From the NCBI GenBank assembly GCA_964187785.1, contig OZ076409.1:38132001-38196000 (forward strand): a stretch of DNA of 64,000 nt. Direction: 5' to 3'. The DNA is from Amphiscolops sp. MND2022. Its lineage: Eukaryota. Below, in pieces: positions 11,585 through 26,893 of the stretch. The position numbers and the translations under genes are program-made. The notes beneath the pieces are model-generated. The model did no database searches, was not told the DNA's origin, and was given only the letters and a program-made list of their open reading frames with translations. Position 1 is the stretch's first letter. The number at the start of each line of letters is the position of its first letter.

Positions 11585-12866
11585 CTAGCGGGGAAAGACT
11601 GCGTGGCACTGGGCATTTGGCATACGTCGTCGAAGGGCATGCCTCGGCATGCCCACGGACGATGGGGCGTTGATGCAAGCAGGGGGCGTTGACGTTAGAG
11701 ATGTATGGTGGTAGTAGTAGGAGCAAGTAATGTACTTCATGTTAATTATTGTTTTAAAAAATCAAGTAATTAAAAATAACTTTTTTCAAAGCATAGAAAA
11801 CTTCCCATCCAAACATTGGCGCCATAGCATTAGGTTTTTAGCGAGTACATTCTCATCTCCCCCGAAAGGGAGATGAAATGTACTCAACTGCTTGATGTTA
11901 AAAGATGAGATAAATTGGAATAAATACATAAAAACAGTTATTATATAGAAGAAAAAAATACTCAAATGACATCAAAGTGTACTAATACTTTACTAACCTA
12001 CAATGAAAATCGTTTTTAGCAAAACTGCTTGTATCTCAATGGTTTTCCGATGAGATAAAGACTCAAAACTTCAACTTTTAACATGCTTCATATATCCTAA
12101 CATCACATTCAAAACGTCATAAGTCAATGTCAAGTTAAGATAAAAAGATGTGCTAAACGGCATTTTTCTCCTCCAAACATGGGCGTTCCACATGAATTCA
12201 CTCAAAATACTGGTTGGGGGGTCGTTCCCCTTCATTGGGGGCCCGGAAAACGGGGAAAAAAATTTTTGAAAAAATTTTGAAATTTTTCCAAGTCCCACAA
12301 CTTTCCGCCCCGGAATGCTGGAACGCTGAAACTCCGTATTTAGGGCCAAATGGGTTTGCTGGGAGTAAATTCGGCCAGGGGGAGGCCTTTAGGCATGTAC
12401 ATTTTCGAAAAAATGGCAAAGATAAGCTGGACCGTTAAAAAATTTACCCCGGAAACGCCCAAAAAACCGTTAATTTCTCGTCAAGTTTAAGTCCGATTTA
12501 AACCAAAATTTGTCCACGCACTCCTCCAACAGCGCTGAGCAATATTGATGTCCACGTGCGGAACGCTACGGGCACCTGGAAAAGAGATATTGGCTGACAA
12601 AGTTGAAAAATGTGCATTTTTGCCATTTTTGGGTCCGTTATTTGCTCATATCTCCTCTCACAGTGGAATTTGGGAAAAAATACCTTCTACACGTTTTACC
12701 TACTCACCAATTCCAGGCCACATGCCAAATTTCAGAAAAATCGTATGGCTCAAACTATGAGATCTCGTAGAATTCTGCACGTTTCGGTGAGCATCCAATT
12801 CTTCTAGGTCGTCGCGGGGCCCTACCCACTCCTCAATGCAAAAGCACGTCGAAAAGACACGGCCAC
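11585..12866. mobile_element. Cassette type E, representative copy (5 copies, 1281-1283 bp)
   Basis: Begins CTAGCGGGGAAAGACTGCG and has GAGATGTATGGTGGTAGTAGTAGGAGC after the core. The last roughly 270 bp are shared with type A. Confidence 0.6.
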
Positions 12867-15800
12867 CTAGCGGGGAAAGACTGCGTGGCATTGGGCATTT
12901 GGCATACGTCGTCGAAGGGCATGCCTCGGCATGCCCACGGACGATGGGGCGTTGATGCAAGCAGGGGGCGTTGACGTTAGAGATGTATGGTGGTAGTAGT
13001 AGGAGCAAGTAATGTACTTCATGTTAATTATTGTTTTAAAAAATCAAGTAATTAAAAATAACTTTTTTCAAAGCATAGAAAACTTCCCATCCAAACATTG
13101 GCGCCATAGCATTAGGTTTTTAGCGAGTACATTCTCATCTCCCCCGAAAGGGAGATGAAATGTACTCAACTGCTTGATGTTAAAAGATGAGATAAATTGG
13201 AATAAATACATAAAAACAGTTATTATATAGAAGAAAAAAATACTCAAATGACATCAAAGTGTACTAATACTCTGCTAACCTACAATGAAAATCGTTTTTA
13301 GCAAAACTGCTTGTATCTCAATGGTTTCCCGATGAGATAAAGACTCAAAACTTCAACTTTTAACATGCTTCATACATCCTAACATCACATTCAAAACGTC
13401 ATAAGTCAATGTCAAGTTAAGATAAAAAGATGTGCTAAACGGCATTTTTCTCCTCCAAACATGGGCGTTCCACATGAATTCACTCAAAATACTGGTTGGG
13501 GGGTCGTTCCCCTTCATTGGGGGCCCGGAAAACGGGAAAAAAATTTTTGAAAAAATTTTGAAATTTTTCCAAGTCCCACAACTTTCCGCCCCGGAATGCT
13601 GGAACGCTGAAACTCCGTATTTAGGGCCAAATGGGTTTGCTGGGAGTAAATTCGGCCAGGGGGAGGCCTTTAGGCATGTACATTTTCGAAAAAATGGCAA
13701 AGATAAGCTGGACCGTTAAAAAATTTACCCCGGAAACGCCCAAAAAACCGTTAATTTCTCGTCAAGTTTAGGTCCGATTTAAACCAAAATTTGTCCACGC
13801 ACTCCTCCAACAGCGCTGAGCAATATTGATGTCCACGTGCGGAACGCTACGGGCACCTGGAAAAGAGATATTGGCTGACAAAGTTGAAAAATGTGCATTT
13901 TTGCCATTTTTGGGTCCGTTATTTGCCCATATCTCCTCTCACAGTGGAATTTGGGAAAAATTACCTTCTACACGTTTTACCTACTCACCAATTCCAGGCC
14001 ACATGCCAAATTTCAGAAAAATCGTATGGCTCAAACTATGAGATCTCGTAGAATTCTGCACGTTTCGGTGAGCATCCAATTCTTCTAGGTCGTCGCGGGG
14101 CCCTACCCACTCCTCAATGCAAAAGCACGTCGAAAAGACACGGCCACCTAGCGATAATGACTGCGTGGCACTGGGCATTTGGCATACGTCGTCGAAGGGC
14201 ATGCCTCGGCATGCCCACGGACGGTGGGCGTTGATGCAAGCAGGGGGGCGTTGACGTTGGAGGTGGATTGTAGTAGTAAAGTCAAGTAATGTATTTCAAG
14301 TATATTAATTTTTAAAAAATTCCGAAAAAATACAAAAACAAGTCTGTAAGAAGATAAAAAACGCGGGTTTCAAACTTTTGGTCATGGCGCTAGGTCTTTA
14401 GCGAGTACATTCTCATCTCCCCCGAAAGGGAGATGAAATGTACTCAACTGTTTTGAGTTATAAGATAATAAAAATTGGAATAAATACATTAAAATTGTTA
14501 ATATATCGACGAAAAGTATGTTTATATGACACCAAAGGGTATTGGTGCACTGGAAAATTACAACGAAAGACGTTTTGAGCAGGACAGCTTGCATCTCAAC
14601 CGCTTTCATATGAGATAAAGACTCAAAACATCAACTTTTCACATGCCTCCTACATCCTTACATCACATTCAAAACGTCATAAGTCAACGTTGAGTCAAGA
14701 TAAAAAGATGTTCTAAACGGTATTTTTCTCGTCAAAACAAGGGCTTTTGACATGCATTCACTCAAATTACTGGTTGGGGGGTCGTTTCCCCTTCATTGGG
14801 GGCCCGGAAAACGAAAAAAAAATTTTTTGAAAATTTTTGAAAATTTTCCAAGTCCCACAACTTTTCGCCCGGGAATGCTGGAACGCTGAAACTCCGTATT
14901 TAGGGCCAAATGGTTTTGCTGGGAGTAAATTCGGCCAGGGGGAGGCCTTTAGGCGAGTACATTTTCGAAAAAATGGCAAAGATAAGCTGGACCGTTAGAA
15001 AAACCTCCCCAAAAATACCGTTATTTCTCCAAGACTACAAGTCGGATCGGAACGGGCCCAAATTCACCGTACAGCCTCAACACCCTAGAGTTTATAATCA
15101 GCTTAACGCGTCCCGCTCCGGGCACCTGGGAACGAGATATGGGCTGACAAAGTTGAAAAAAGTGCATTTTTGCCATTTTTGGGACCGTTATTTGCCCATA
15201 TCTCGTCTCACAGTGGAATTTGGGAAAAATTACCTTCTACACGTTTTACCTACTCACCAATTCCAGGCCACATGCCAAATTTCAGCAAAATCGTATGGCT
15301 CAAACTATGAGATCTCGTAGAATTCTGCACGTTTCGGTGAGCATCCAATTCTTCTAGGTCGTCGCGGGGCCCTACCCACTCCTCAATGCAAAAGCACGTC
15401 GAAAAGACACGGCCACCTAGCGATAATGACTGCGTGGCACTGGGCATTTGGCATACGTCGTCGAAGGGCATGCCTCGGCATGCCCACGGACGGTGGGCGT
15501 TGATGCAAGCAAGGGGGCGTTGACGTTGGAGGTGGATTGTAGTAGTAAAGTCAAGTAATGTATTTCAAGTATATTAATTTTTAAAAAATTCCGAAAAAAT
15601 ACAAAAACAAGTCTGTAAGAAGATAAAAAACGTGGGTTTCAAACTTTTGGTCATGGCGCTAGGTCTTTAGCGAGTACATTCTCATCTCCCCCGAAAGGGA
15701 GATGAAATGTACTCAACTGTTTTGAGTTAAAAGATAATAAAAATTGGAATAAATACATTAAAATTGTTAATATATCGACGAAAAGTATGTTTATATGACA

Positions 15801-18800
15801 CCAAAGGGTATTGGTGCACTGGAAAATTACAACGAAAGACGTTTTGAGCAGGACAGCTTGCATCTCAACCGCTTTCATATGAGATAAAGACTCAAAACAT
15901 CAACTTATCACATGCCTCCTACATCCTTACATCACATTCAAAACGTCATAAGTCAACGTTGAGTCAAGATAAAAAGATGTTCTAAACGGTACTTTTCTCG
16001 TCAAAACAAGGGCTTTCCACATGAATTCACTCAAAATACTGGTTGGGGGGTCGTTTCCCCTTCATTGGGGGCCCGGAAAACGAAAAAAAAATTTTGAAAA
16101 TTTTTGAAAATTTTCCAAGTCCCACAACTTTTCGCCCGGGAATGCTGGAACGCTGAAACTCCGTATTTAGGGCCAAATGGTTTTGCTGGGAGTAAATTCG
16201 GCCAGGGGGAGGCCTTTAGGCGAGTACATTTTCGAAAAAATGGCAAAGATAAGCTGGACCGTTAGAAAAGGTTCCCCAAAAATACCGTTATTTCTCCAAG
16301 ACTACAAGTCCGATCGGAACGGGCCTGACTTCCCCGTACAGTCTCAACACCCTAGAGTTTATAATCAGCTTAACGCGTCCCGCTCCGGGCACCTGGGAAC
16401 GAGATATGGGCTGACAAAGTTGAAAAAAGTGCATTTTTGCCATTTTTGGGACCGTTATTTGCCCATATCTCGTCTCACAGTGGAATTTGGGAAAAATTAC
16501 CTTCTACACGTTTTACCTACTCACCAATTCCAGGCCACATGCCAAATTTCAGAAAAATCGTATGGCTCAAACTATGAGATCTCGTACAATTCTGCACGTT
16601 TCGGTGAGCATCCAATTCTTCTAGGTCGTCGCGGGGCCCTACCCACTCCTCAATGCAAAAGCACGTCGAAAAGACACGGCCACCTAGCGGGGAAAGACTG
16701 CGTGGCACTGGGCATTTGGCATACGTCGTCGAAGGGCATGCCTCGGCATGCCAACGGACGATGGGGCGTTGATGCAAGCAGGGGGCGTTGACGTTAGAGA
16801 TGTATGGTGGTAGTAGTAGGAGCAAGTAATGTACTTCATGTTAATTATTGTTTTAAAAAATCAAGTAATTAAAAATAACTTTTTTCAAAGCATAGAAAAC
16901 TTCCCATCCAAACATTGGCGCCATAGCATTAGGTTTTTAGCGAGTACATTCTCATCTCCCCCGAAAGGGAGATGAAATGTACTCAACTGCTTGATGTTAA
17001 AAGATGAGATAAATTGGAATAAATACATAAAAACAGTTATTATATAGAAGAAAAAAATACTCAAATGACATCAAAGTGTACTAATACTGTGCTAACCTAC
17101 AATGAAAATCGTTTTTAGCAAAACTGCTTGTATCTCAATGGTTTTCCGATGAGATAAAGACTCAAAACTTCAACTTTTAACATGCTTCATATATCCTAAC
17201 ATCACATTCAAAACGTCATAAGTCAATGTCAAGTTAAGATAAAAAGATGTGCTAAACGGCATTTTTCTCCTCCAAACATGGGCGTTCCACATGAATTCAC
17301 TCAAAATACTGGTTGGGGGGTCGTTCCCCTTCATTGGGGGCCCGGAAAACGGGAAAAAAAAATTTTGAAAAAATTTTGAAATTTTTCCAAGTCCCACAAC
17401 TTTCCGCCCCGGAATGCTGGAACGCTGAAACTCCGTATTTAGGGCCAAATGGGTTTGCTGGGAGTAAATTCGGCCAGGGGGAGGCCTTTAGGCATGTACA
17501 TTTTCGAAAAAATGGCAAAGATAAGCTGGACCGTTAAAAAATTTACCCCGGAAACGCCCAAAAAACCGTTAATTTCTCGTCAAGTTTAAGTCCGATTTAA
17601 ACCAAAATTTGTCCACGCACTCCTCCAACAGCGCTGAGCAATATTGATGTCCACGTGCGGAACGCTACGGGCACGTGGAAATGAGATATTGGCTGACAAA
17701 CTTGAAAAAAGTGCATTTTCCCCATTTTTGGGTCCGTTATTTGCCCATATCTCCTCTCACAATGGAATTTGGGAAAAATTACCTCCTACACGTTTTACCT
17801 ACTCACCAATTCCAGGCCACATGCCAAGTTTCAGAAAAATCGTATGGCTCAAACTATGAGATCTCGTAGAATTCTGCACGTTTCGGTGAGCATCCAATTC
17901 TTTTAGGTCGTCGCGGGGCCCTACCCACTCCTCGATGCAAAAGCACGTCGAAAAGACACGGCCACCTAGCGATAATGACTGCGTGGCACTGGGCATTTGG
18001 CATACGTCGTCGAAGGGCATGCCTCGGCATGCCCACGGACGGTGGGCGTTGATGCAAGCAGGGGGGCGTTGACGTTGGAGGTGGATTGTAGTAGTAAAGT
18101 CAATTAATGTATTTCAAGTATATTAATTTTTAAAAAAATCCGAAAAAATACAAAAACAAGTCTGTAAGAAGATAAAAAACGTGGGTTTCAAACTTTTGGT
18201 CATGGCGCTAGGTCTTTAGCGAGTACATTCTCATCTCCCCCGAAAGGGAGATGAAATGTACTCAACTGTTTTGAGTTATAAGATAATAAAAATTGGAATA
18301 AATACATTAAAATTGTTAATATATCGACAAAAAGTATGTTTATATGACACCAAAGGGTATTGGTGCACTGGAAAATTACAACGAGAGACGTTTTGAGCAG
18401 GACAGCTTGCATCTCAACCGCTTTCATATGAGATAAAGACTCAAAACATCAACTTATCACATGCCTCCTACATCCTTACATCACATTCAAAACGTCATAA
18501 GTCAACGTTGAGTCAAGATAAAAAGATGTTCTAAACGGTATTTTTCTCGTCAAAACAAGGGCTTTCCACGTGAATTCACTCAAATTACTGGTTGGGGGGT
18601 CGTTTCCCCTTCATTGGGGGCCCGGAAAACGAAAAAAAATTTTTTTGAAAATTTTTGAAAATTTTCCAAGTCCCACAACTTTTCGCCCGGGAATGCTGGA
18701 ACGCTGAAACTCCGTATTTAGGGCCAAATGGTTTTGCTGGGAGTAAATTCGGCCAGGGGAGGCCTTTAGGTGAGTACATTTTCGAAAAAATGGCAAAGAT

Positions 18801-21800
18801 AAGCTGGACCGTTAGAAAAGGTTCCTCAAAAATACCGTTATTTCTCCAAGACTACAAGTCCGATCGGAACGGGCCTGACTTCCCCGTACAGCCTCAACAC
18901 CCTAGAGTTTATAATCAGCTTAACGCGTCCCGCTCCGGGCACCTGGGAACGAGATATGGGCTGACAAAGTTGAAAAAAGTGCATTTTTGCCATTTTTGGG
19001 ACCGTTATTTGCCCATATCTCGTCTCACAGTGGAATTTGGGAAAAATCACCTCCTACACGTTTTACCTACTCACCAATTCCAGGCCACATGCCAAATTTC
19101 AGCAAAATCGTATGGCTCAAACTATGAGATCTCGTAGAATTCTGCACGTTTCGGTGAGCATCCAATTCTTCTAGGTCGTCGCGGGGCCCTACCCACTCCT
19201 CAAGGCAAAAGCAGGTCGAAAAGACACGGCCACCTAGCGATAATGACTGCGTGGCACTGGGCATTTGGCATACGTCGTCGAAGGGCATGCCTCGGCATGC
19301 CCACGGACGGTGGGCGTTGATGCAAGCAGGGGGGCGTTGTCGTTGGAGGTGGGTTGTAGTAGTAAAGTCAAGTAATGCATTTCAAGTATATTAATTTTTA
19401 AAAAATTCCGAAAAAATACAAAAACAAGTCTGTAAGAAGATAAAAAACGTGGGTTTCAAACTTTTGGTCATGGCGCTAGGTCTTTAGCGAGTACATTCTC
19501 ATCTCCCCCGAAAGGGAGATGAAATGTACTCAACTGTTTTGAGTTATAAGATAATAAAAATTGGAATAAATACATTAAAATTGTTAATATATCGACAAAA
19601 AGTATGTTTATATGACACCAAAGGGTATTGGTGCACTGGAAAATTACAACGAAAGACGTTTTGAGCAGGACAGCTTGCATCTCAACCGCTTTCATATGAG
19701 ATAAAGACTCAAAACATCAACTTATCACATGCCTCCTACATCCTTACATCACATTCAAAACGTCATAAGTCAACGTTGAGTCAAGATAAAAAGATGTTCT
19801 AAACGGTATTTTTCTCGTCAAAACAAGGGCTTTTGACATGCATTCACTCAAATTACTGGTTGGGGGGTCGTTTCCCCTTCATTGGGGGCCCGGAAAACGA
19901 AAAAAAAATTTTTTGAAAATTTTTGAAAATTTTCCAAGTCCCACAACTTTTCGCCCGGGAATGCTGGAACGCTGAAACTCCGTATTTAGGGCCAAATGGT
20001 TTTGCTGGGAGTAAATTCGGCCAGGGGGAGGCCTTTAGGCGAGTACATTTTCGAAAAAATGGCAAAGATAAGCTGGACCGTTAGAAAAGGTTCCCTAAAA
20101 ATACCGTTATTTCTCCAAGACTACAAGTCGGATCGGAACGGGCCCAAGTTCACCGTACAGCCTCAACACCCTAGAGTTTATAATCAGCTTAACGCGTCCC
20201 GCTCCGGGCACCTGGGAACGAGATATGGGCTGACAAAGTTGAAAAATGTGCATTTTTGCCATTTTTGGGACCGTTATTTGCCCATATCTCGTCTCACAGT
20301 GGAATTTGGGAAAAATCACCTCCTACACGTTTTACCTACTCACCAATTCCAGGCCACATGCCAAATTTCAGAAAAATCGTATGGCTCAAACTATGAGATC
20401 TCGTAGAATTCTGCACGTTTCGGTGAGCATCCAATTCTTCTAGGTCGTCGCGGGGCCCTACCCACTCCTCAATGCAAAAGCACGTCGAAAAGACACGGCC
20501 ACCTAGCGGGGAAAGACTGCGTGGCACTGGGCATTTGGCATACGTCGTCGAAGGGCATGCCTCGGCATGCCCACGGACGATGGGGCGTTGATGCAAGCAG
20601 GGGGCGTTGACGTTAGAGATGTATGGTGGTAGTAGTAGGAGCAAGTAATGTACTTCATGTTAATTATTGTTTTAAAAAATCAAGTAATTAAAAATAACTT
20701 TTTTCAAAGCATAGAAAACTTCCCATCCAAACATTGGCGCCATAGCATTAGGTTTTTAGCGAGTACATTCTCATCTCCCCCGAAAGGGAGATGAAATGTA
20801 CTCAACTGCTTGATGTTAAAAGATGAGATAAATTGGAATAAATACATAAAAACAGTTATTATATAGAAGAAAAAAATACTCAAATGACATCAAAGTGTAC
20901 TAATACTGTGCTAACCTACAATGAAAATCGTTTTTAGCAAAACTGCTTGTATCTCAATGGTTTTCCGATGAGATAAAGACTCAAAACTTCAACTTTTAAC
21001 ATGCTTCATATATCCTAACATCACATTCAAAACGTCATAAGTCAATGTCAAGTTAAGATAAAAAGATGTGCTAAACGGCATTTTTCTCCTCCAAACATGG
21101 GCGTTCCACATGAATTCACTCAAAATACTGGTTGGGGGGTCGTTCCCCTTCATTGGGGGCCCGGAAAACGGGAAAAAAAATTTTTGAAAAAATTTTGAAA
21201 TTTTTCCAAGTCCCACAACTTTCCGCCCCGGAATGCTGGAACGCTGAAACTCCGTATTTAGGGCCAAATGGGTTTGCTGGGAGTAAATTCGGCCAGGGGG
21301 AGGCCTTTAGGCATGTACATTTTCGAAAAAATGGCAAAGATAAGCTGGACCGTTAAAAAATTTACCCCGGAAACGCCCAAAAAACCGTTAATTTCTCGTC
21401 AAGTTTAAGTCCGATTTAAACCAAAATTTGTCCACGCACTCCTCCAACAGCGCTGAGCAATATTGATGTCCACGTGCGGAACGCTACGGGCACGTGGAAA
21501 TGAGATATTGGCTGACAAACTTGAAAAAAGTGCATTTTCCCCATTTTTGGGTCCGTTATTTGCCCATATCTCCTCTCACAATGGAATTTGGGAAAAATTA
21601 CCTCCTACACGTTTTACCTACTCACCAATTCCAGGCCACATGCCAAGTTTCAGAAAAATCGTATGGCTCAAACTATGAGATCTCGTAGAATTCTGCACGT
21701 TTCGGTGAGCATCCAATTCTTTTAGGTCGTCGCGGGGCCCTACCCACTCCTCGATGCAAAAGCACGTCGAAAAGACACGGCCACCTAGCGATAATGACTG

Positions 21801-24800
21801 CATGGCACTGGGCATTTGGCATACGTCGTCGAAGGGCATGCCTCGGCATGCCCACGGACGGTGGGCGTTGATGCAAGCAGGGGGGCGTTGTCGTTGGAGG
21901 TGGGTTGTAGTAGTAAAGTCAAGTAATGTATTTCAAGTATATTAATTTTTAAAAAAATTCCGAAAAAATACAAAAACAAGTCTGTAAGAAGATAAAAAAC
22001 GTGGGTTTCAAATTTTTGGTCATGGCGCTAGGTCTTTAGCGAGTACATTCTCATCTCCCCCGAAAGGGAGATGAAATGTACTCAACTGTTTTGAGTTATA
22101 AGATAATAAAAATTGGAATAAATACATTAAAATTGTTAATATATCGACAAAAAGTATGTTTATATGACACCAAAGGGTATTGGTGCACTGGAAAGTTACA
22201 ACGAAAGACGTTTTGAGCAGGACAGCTTGCATCTCAACCGCTTTCATATGAGATAAAGACTCAAAACATCAACTTATCACATGCCTCCTACATCCTTACA
22301 TCACATTCAAAACGTCATAAGTCAACGTTGAGTCAAGATAAAAAGATGTTCTAAACGGTATTTTTCTCGTCAAAACAAGGGCTTTCCACATGAATTCACT
22401 CAAAATACTGGTTGGGGGGTCGTTTCCCCTTCATTGGGGGCCCGGAAAACGAAAAAAATTTTTTTGAAAATTTTTGAAAATTTTCCAAGTCCCACAACTT
22501 TTCGCCCGGGAATGCTGGAACGCTGAAACTCCGTATTTAGGGCCAAATGGTTTTGCTGGGAGTAAATTCGGCCAGGGGGAGGCCTTTAGGCGAGTACATT
22601 TTCGAAAAAATGGCAAAGATAAGCTGGACCGTTAGAAAAGGTTCCCCAAAAATACCGTTATTTCTCCAAGACTACAAGTCCGATCGGAACGAGCCTGACT
22701 TCCCCGTACAGCCTCAACACCCTAGAGTTTATAATCAGCTTAACGCGTCCTGCTCCGGGCACCTGGGAACGAGATATGGGCTGACAAAGTTGAAAAAAGT
22801 GCATTTTTGCCATTTTTGGGACCGTTATTTGCCCATATCTCGTCTCACAGTGGAATTTGGGAAAAATCACCTCCTACACGTTTTACCTACTCACCAATTC
22901 CAGGCCATATGCCAAATTTCAGAAAAATCGTATGGCTCAAACTATGAGATCTCGTAGAATTCTGCACGTTTCGGTGAGCATCCAATTCTTCTAGGTCGTC
23001 GCGGGGCCCTACCCACTCCTCGATGCAAAAGCACGTCGAAAAGACACGGCCACCTAGCGGCTACCGCGTTCGAATATATTTTGCTATACGTCGTCGAAGG
23101 GCATGCCTCGGCATGCCCACGGACGGGGGGCGTTGATGTGTGTGGGGGGCGTTGACGTTAGAGATGAGTTGTGGTATGGTGAGATTCAAAGTAAGTAAGA
23201 AACGTTCACTTTGTCGAGTCACAGAGTGCAAAAAGAAGTTTTCTGCGACAAACTGAAACAATCTCTTTTGCAATCTTTTGCAATCTCTTTTGTGTTGTGG
23301 AAGATATAGACCGTAGTTCCTGACCTTTAGCGAGTACATTCTCATCTCCCCCGGGAAGGGAGATGGAATGTACTCAACTGTTTCAAGTTATTTGATGAGA
23401 AAAAAATGAATAAATACACAAAGAAATTGTTATTATAGAAAAAAAAATTACGTCAAAAGACACCAAAGGGTGTTAATGGACAGCGAAACTGCAATGAAAC
23501 ACGTTTTGAGCAAAACATGTTGTATCTCAATGGCTTTCAGATGGGATAAACACTCAAAACATCAATTTTCCGTATCTAACGGTCACCTTCAAAACGACAA
23601 AAGTCAATGTCAAGTTACGATAAAAAAACGTTCTAAACGCCATTTTTCTCGTCTAAACAAGGGCTTTTCACATGCATTCACTTGCTTTACTGGTTGGGGG
23701 GTCTTTTCCCCCACTTTGGGGGCCCAAATAACGGAAAAAAATTTTTTGAAAATTTTTGAAATTTTCTAAGTCCCACAACTTTTCGCCCGGGAATGCTGGA
23801 ACGCTGAAACTCCGTATTTAGGGCCAAATGGTTTTGCTGGGAATAAAACCGGCCAGGGGAGGCCTTTAGGCGAGTGCATTTTCGAAAAAATGGCAAAGAT
23901 AAGCTGGACCGTTAGAAAAATGAAAGCCCCCCGCTCCGGAAAAACGCTATATCTCCCCGAGTTTAAGTCCGATTGAGCTGAAAATTTCACACAGCATTCC
24001 TGAGACAGTTTGCAAACTTTCGTCAGCAAAGTTTGGAAGCGCTAGCGTAAACCCGTGGCGAGATATAAGGTGAAATTTAAAAAAAGTTGAAAATTTTACC
24101 CCAAAAACCGTTATTTTGGTCAACAAAAAATGTTTAGCGAGCAAAACGTCAGTAGGGAATCATCTTCACCGTGCCGAGGGGGGTACGTGTGCCAAATTTC
24201 AGCCAAATCGTGTGGCTAGTTTACGAGATCGTCGAAATCACATCGTGAATTTGGAGTAGGTGTACCCGAAATAAAAGAGCGCGCCAGGGGCCCTACCCAC
24301 ACGCGCCACATACTCGAACGAATAGTAATCCCGGCACCTAGCGGGGAAAGACTGCGTGGCACTGGGCATTTGGCATACGTCGTCGAAGGGCATGCCTCGG
24401 CATGCCCACGGACGATGGGGCGTTGATGCAAGCAGGGGGCGTTGACGTTAGAGATGTATGGTGGTAGTAGTAGGAGCAAGTAATGTACTTCATGTTAATT
24501 ATTGTTTTAAAAAATCAAGTAATTAAAAATAACTTTTCTCAAAGCATAGAAAACTTCCCATCCAAACATTGGCGCCATAGCATTAGGTTTTTAGCGAGTA
24601 CATTCTCATCTCCCCCGAAAGGGAGATGAAATGTACTCAACTGCTTGATGTTAAAAGATGAGATAAATTGGAATAAATACATAAAAACAGTTATTATATA
24701 GAAGAAAAAAATACTCAAATGACATCAAAGTGTACTAATACTCTGCTAACCTACAATGAAAATCGTTTTTAGCAAAACTGCTTGTATCTCAATGGTTTTC

Positions 24801-25620
24801 CGATGAGATAAAGACTCAAAACTTCAACTTTTAACATGCTTCATATATCCTAACATCACATTCAAAACGTCATAAGTCAATGTCAAGTTAAGATAAAAAG
24901 ATGTGCTAAACGGCATTTTTCTCCTCCAAACATGGGCGTTCCACATGAATTCACTCAAAATACTGGTTGGGTGGTCGTTCCCCTTCATTGGGGGCCCGGA
25001 AAACGGGAAAAAAAAATTTTTGAAAAAATTTTGAAATTTTTCCAAGTCCCACAACTTTCCGCCCCGGAATGCTGGAACGCTGAAACTCCGTATTTAGTGC
25101 CAAATGGGTTTGCTGGGAGTAAATTCGGCCAGGGGGAGGCCTTTAGGCATGTACATTTTCGAAAAAATGGCAAAGATAAGCTGGACCGTTAAAAAATTTA
25201 CCCCGGAAACGCCCAAAAAACCGTTAATTTCTCGTCAAGTGTAAGTCCGATTCAAACCAAAATTTGTCCACGCACTCCTCCAACAGCGCTGAGCAATATT
25301 GATGTCCACGTGCGGAACGCTACGGGCACCTGGAAAAGAGATATTGGCTGACAAAGTTGAAAAATGTGCATTTTTGCCATTTTTGGGTCCGTTATTTGCC
25401 CATATCTCCTCTCACAGTGGAATTTGGGAAAAATTACCTTCTACACGTTTTACCTACTCACCAATTCCAGGCCACATGCCAAATTTCAGAAAAATCGTAT
25501 GGCTCAAACTATGAGATCTCGTAGAATTCTGCACGTTTCGGTGAGCATCCAATTCTTCTAGGTCGTCGCGGGGCCCTACCCACTCCTCAATGCAAAAGCA
25601 CGTCGAAAAGACACGGCCAC

Positions 25621-26893
25621 CTAGCGATAATGACAGCGTGGCATATGGTATTTGGCATACGTCGTCGAAGGGCATGCCTCGGCATGCCCACGGACGGTGG
25701 GCGTTGATATTTGGATGTGGAAGTCGGCTATACAAGAAGAAACACTAAAGACAAAAACCATTCAATCTCGCTATAGATTTAGGATATTTTGTCGCAGTGG
25801 TTCGGCAAACGCAAATCACACTTGTTTAGTTATTTGAATCCATCAAAATTGTGAGCTTTACAAGGCTTTTGGCAAACGTACATTCACATCTCCCCTGAGA
25901 GGGAGATGGAATGTACTCAACTGCATAAGATTCTAAGAGAAACAAAGACTTGTATAAAATATATCACAATTTCTAATAAGTCCCAAATACATCCGCTATA
26001 CACTACGGGAATGTACACATGCTTCCGACATCCCAACTGACCCATCGGAACCTTTTCCAGGTTCTTTTCATGCGTTATTGTTTGAAAATTATTGAAAATT
26101 AGGATTTTCACTACTGTGATCACGTGTTATACGCTACTCAAAAGATCATAAGTCAACATCAAGTTAAGATAAAAAGACGTTCTAAATGGCATTTTTCTCG
26201 TCAAGTGCAGGGCTTTCCACATGCATTCACTTGCAATACTAGTTGTGTGGAAGTTTCTTCACTTTGGGCGGCCTGAACTTTTTTAGAAAAATTTTGAAAA
26301 TTTTTGAAAATTTTCTAAGTCATATAAAATTTCGCCCGATAATGCTGGAACGCTGAAACCTCGTATTTAGGGCCAAATGGTTTTTTTGGGAGGTAAACCG
26401 GCCAGGGGAGGCCTTTAGGAGAGGTTCTAGAAAAAAATCTGGGCAAAAAACGGCAGAGATAAACTGGGTTTTCTGAAAAAGTCGCCAAAATGCACAAAAA
26501 AATTTGTTATTACTCTGTCAATTTTTATCCGATTTGGACGAAAATTTGTCCACGTAACCCCCTTCACATGCCGAGCATTTTCCACGTCAGGTATACGGTA
26601 CCTCCGATGCCTCTGGAACGAGATATTGCAAAATTTATCAAAAATGGGTCCATTTTTTACCTCATTTTTCGCGTTTATCTCGTCTCACAGTGGAATTTGG
26701 GAAAAATGACCTCCTACACTTTTCATATGCTCGCCAATTGGGGGCCACATGCAAATTTTCAGGAATTTCTGACGGCTCATCTTCGAGATCGTTTACTCAG
26801 GTACCTATTTTTGTATCATAGTAAAGGCACTAAGTCGGCGCAGGACCCTACCCGCGCCTCCATGGTTAAAGCTCGTCGAAAAAACGCGGCCAC
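25621..26893. mobile_element. Cassette type F (single divergent/mosaic copy, 1273 bp)
   Basis: A-like left end, then about 450 bp of largely unique sequence, a D-like middle (GCAATACTAGTTGTGTGGAAGTTTCTT), an A/E-like TCTCACAGTGGAATTTGGGAAAA block and the end CGCGGCCAC. Confidence 0.6.
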
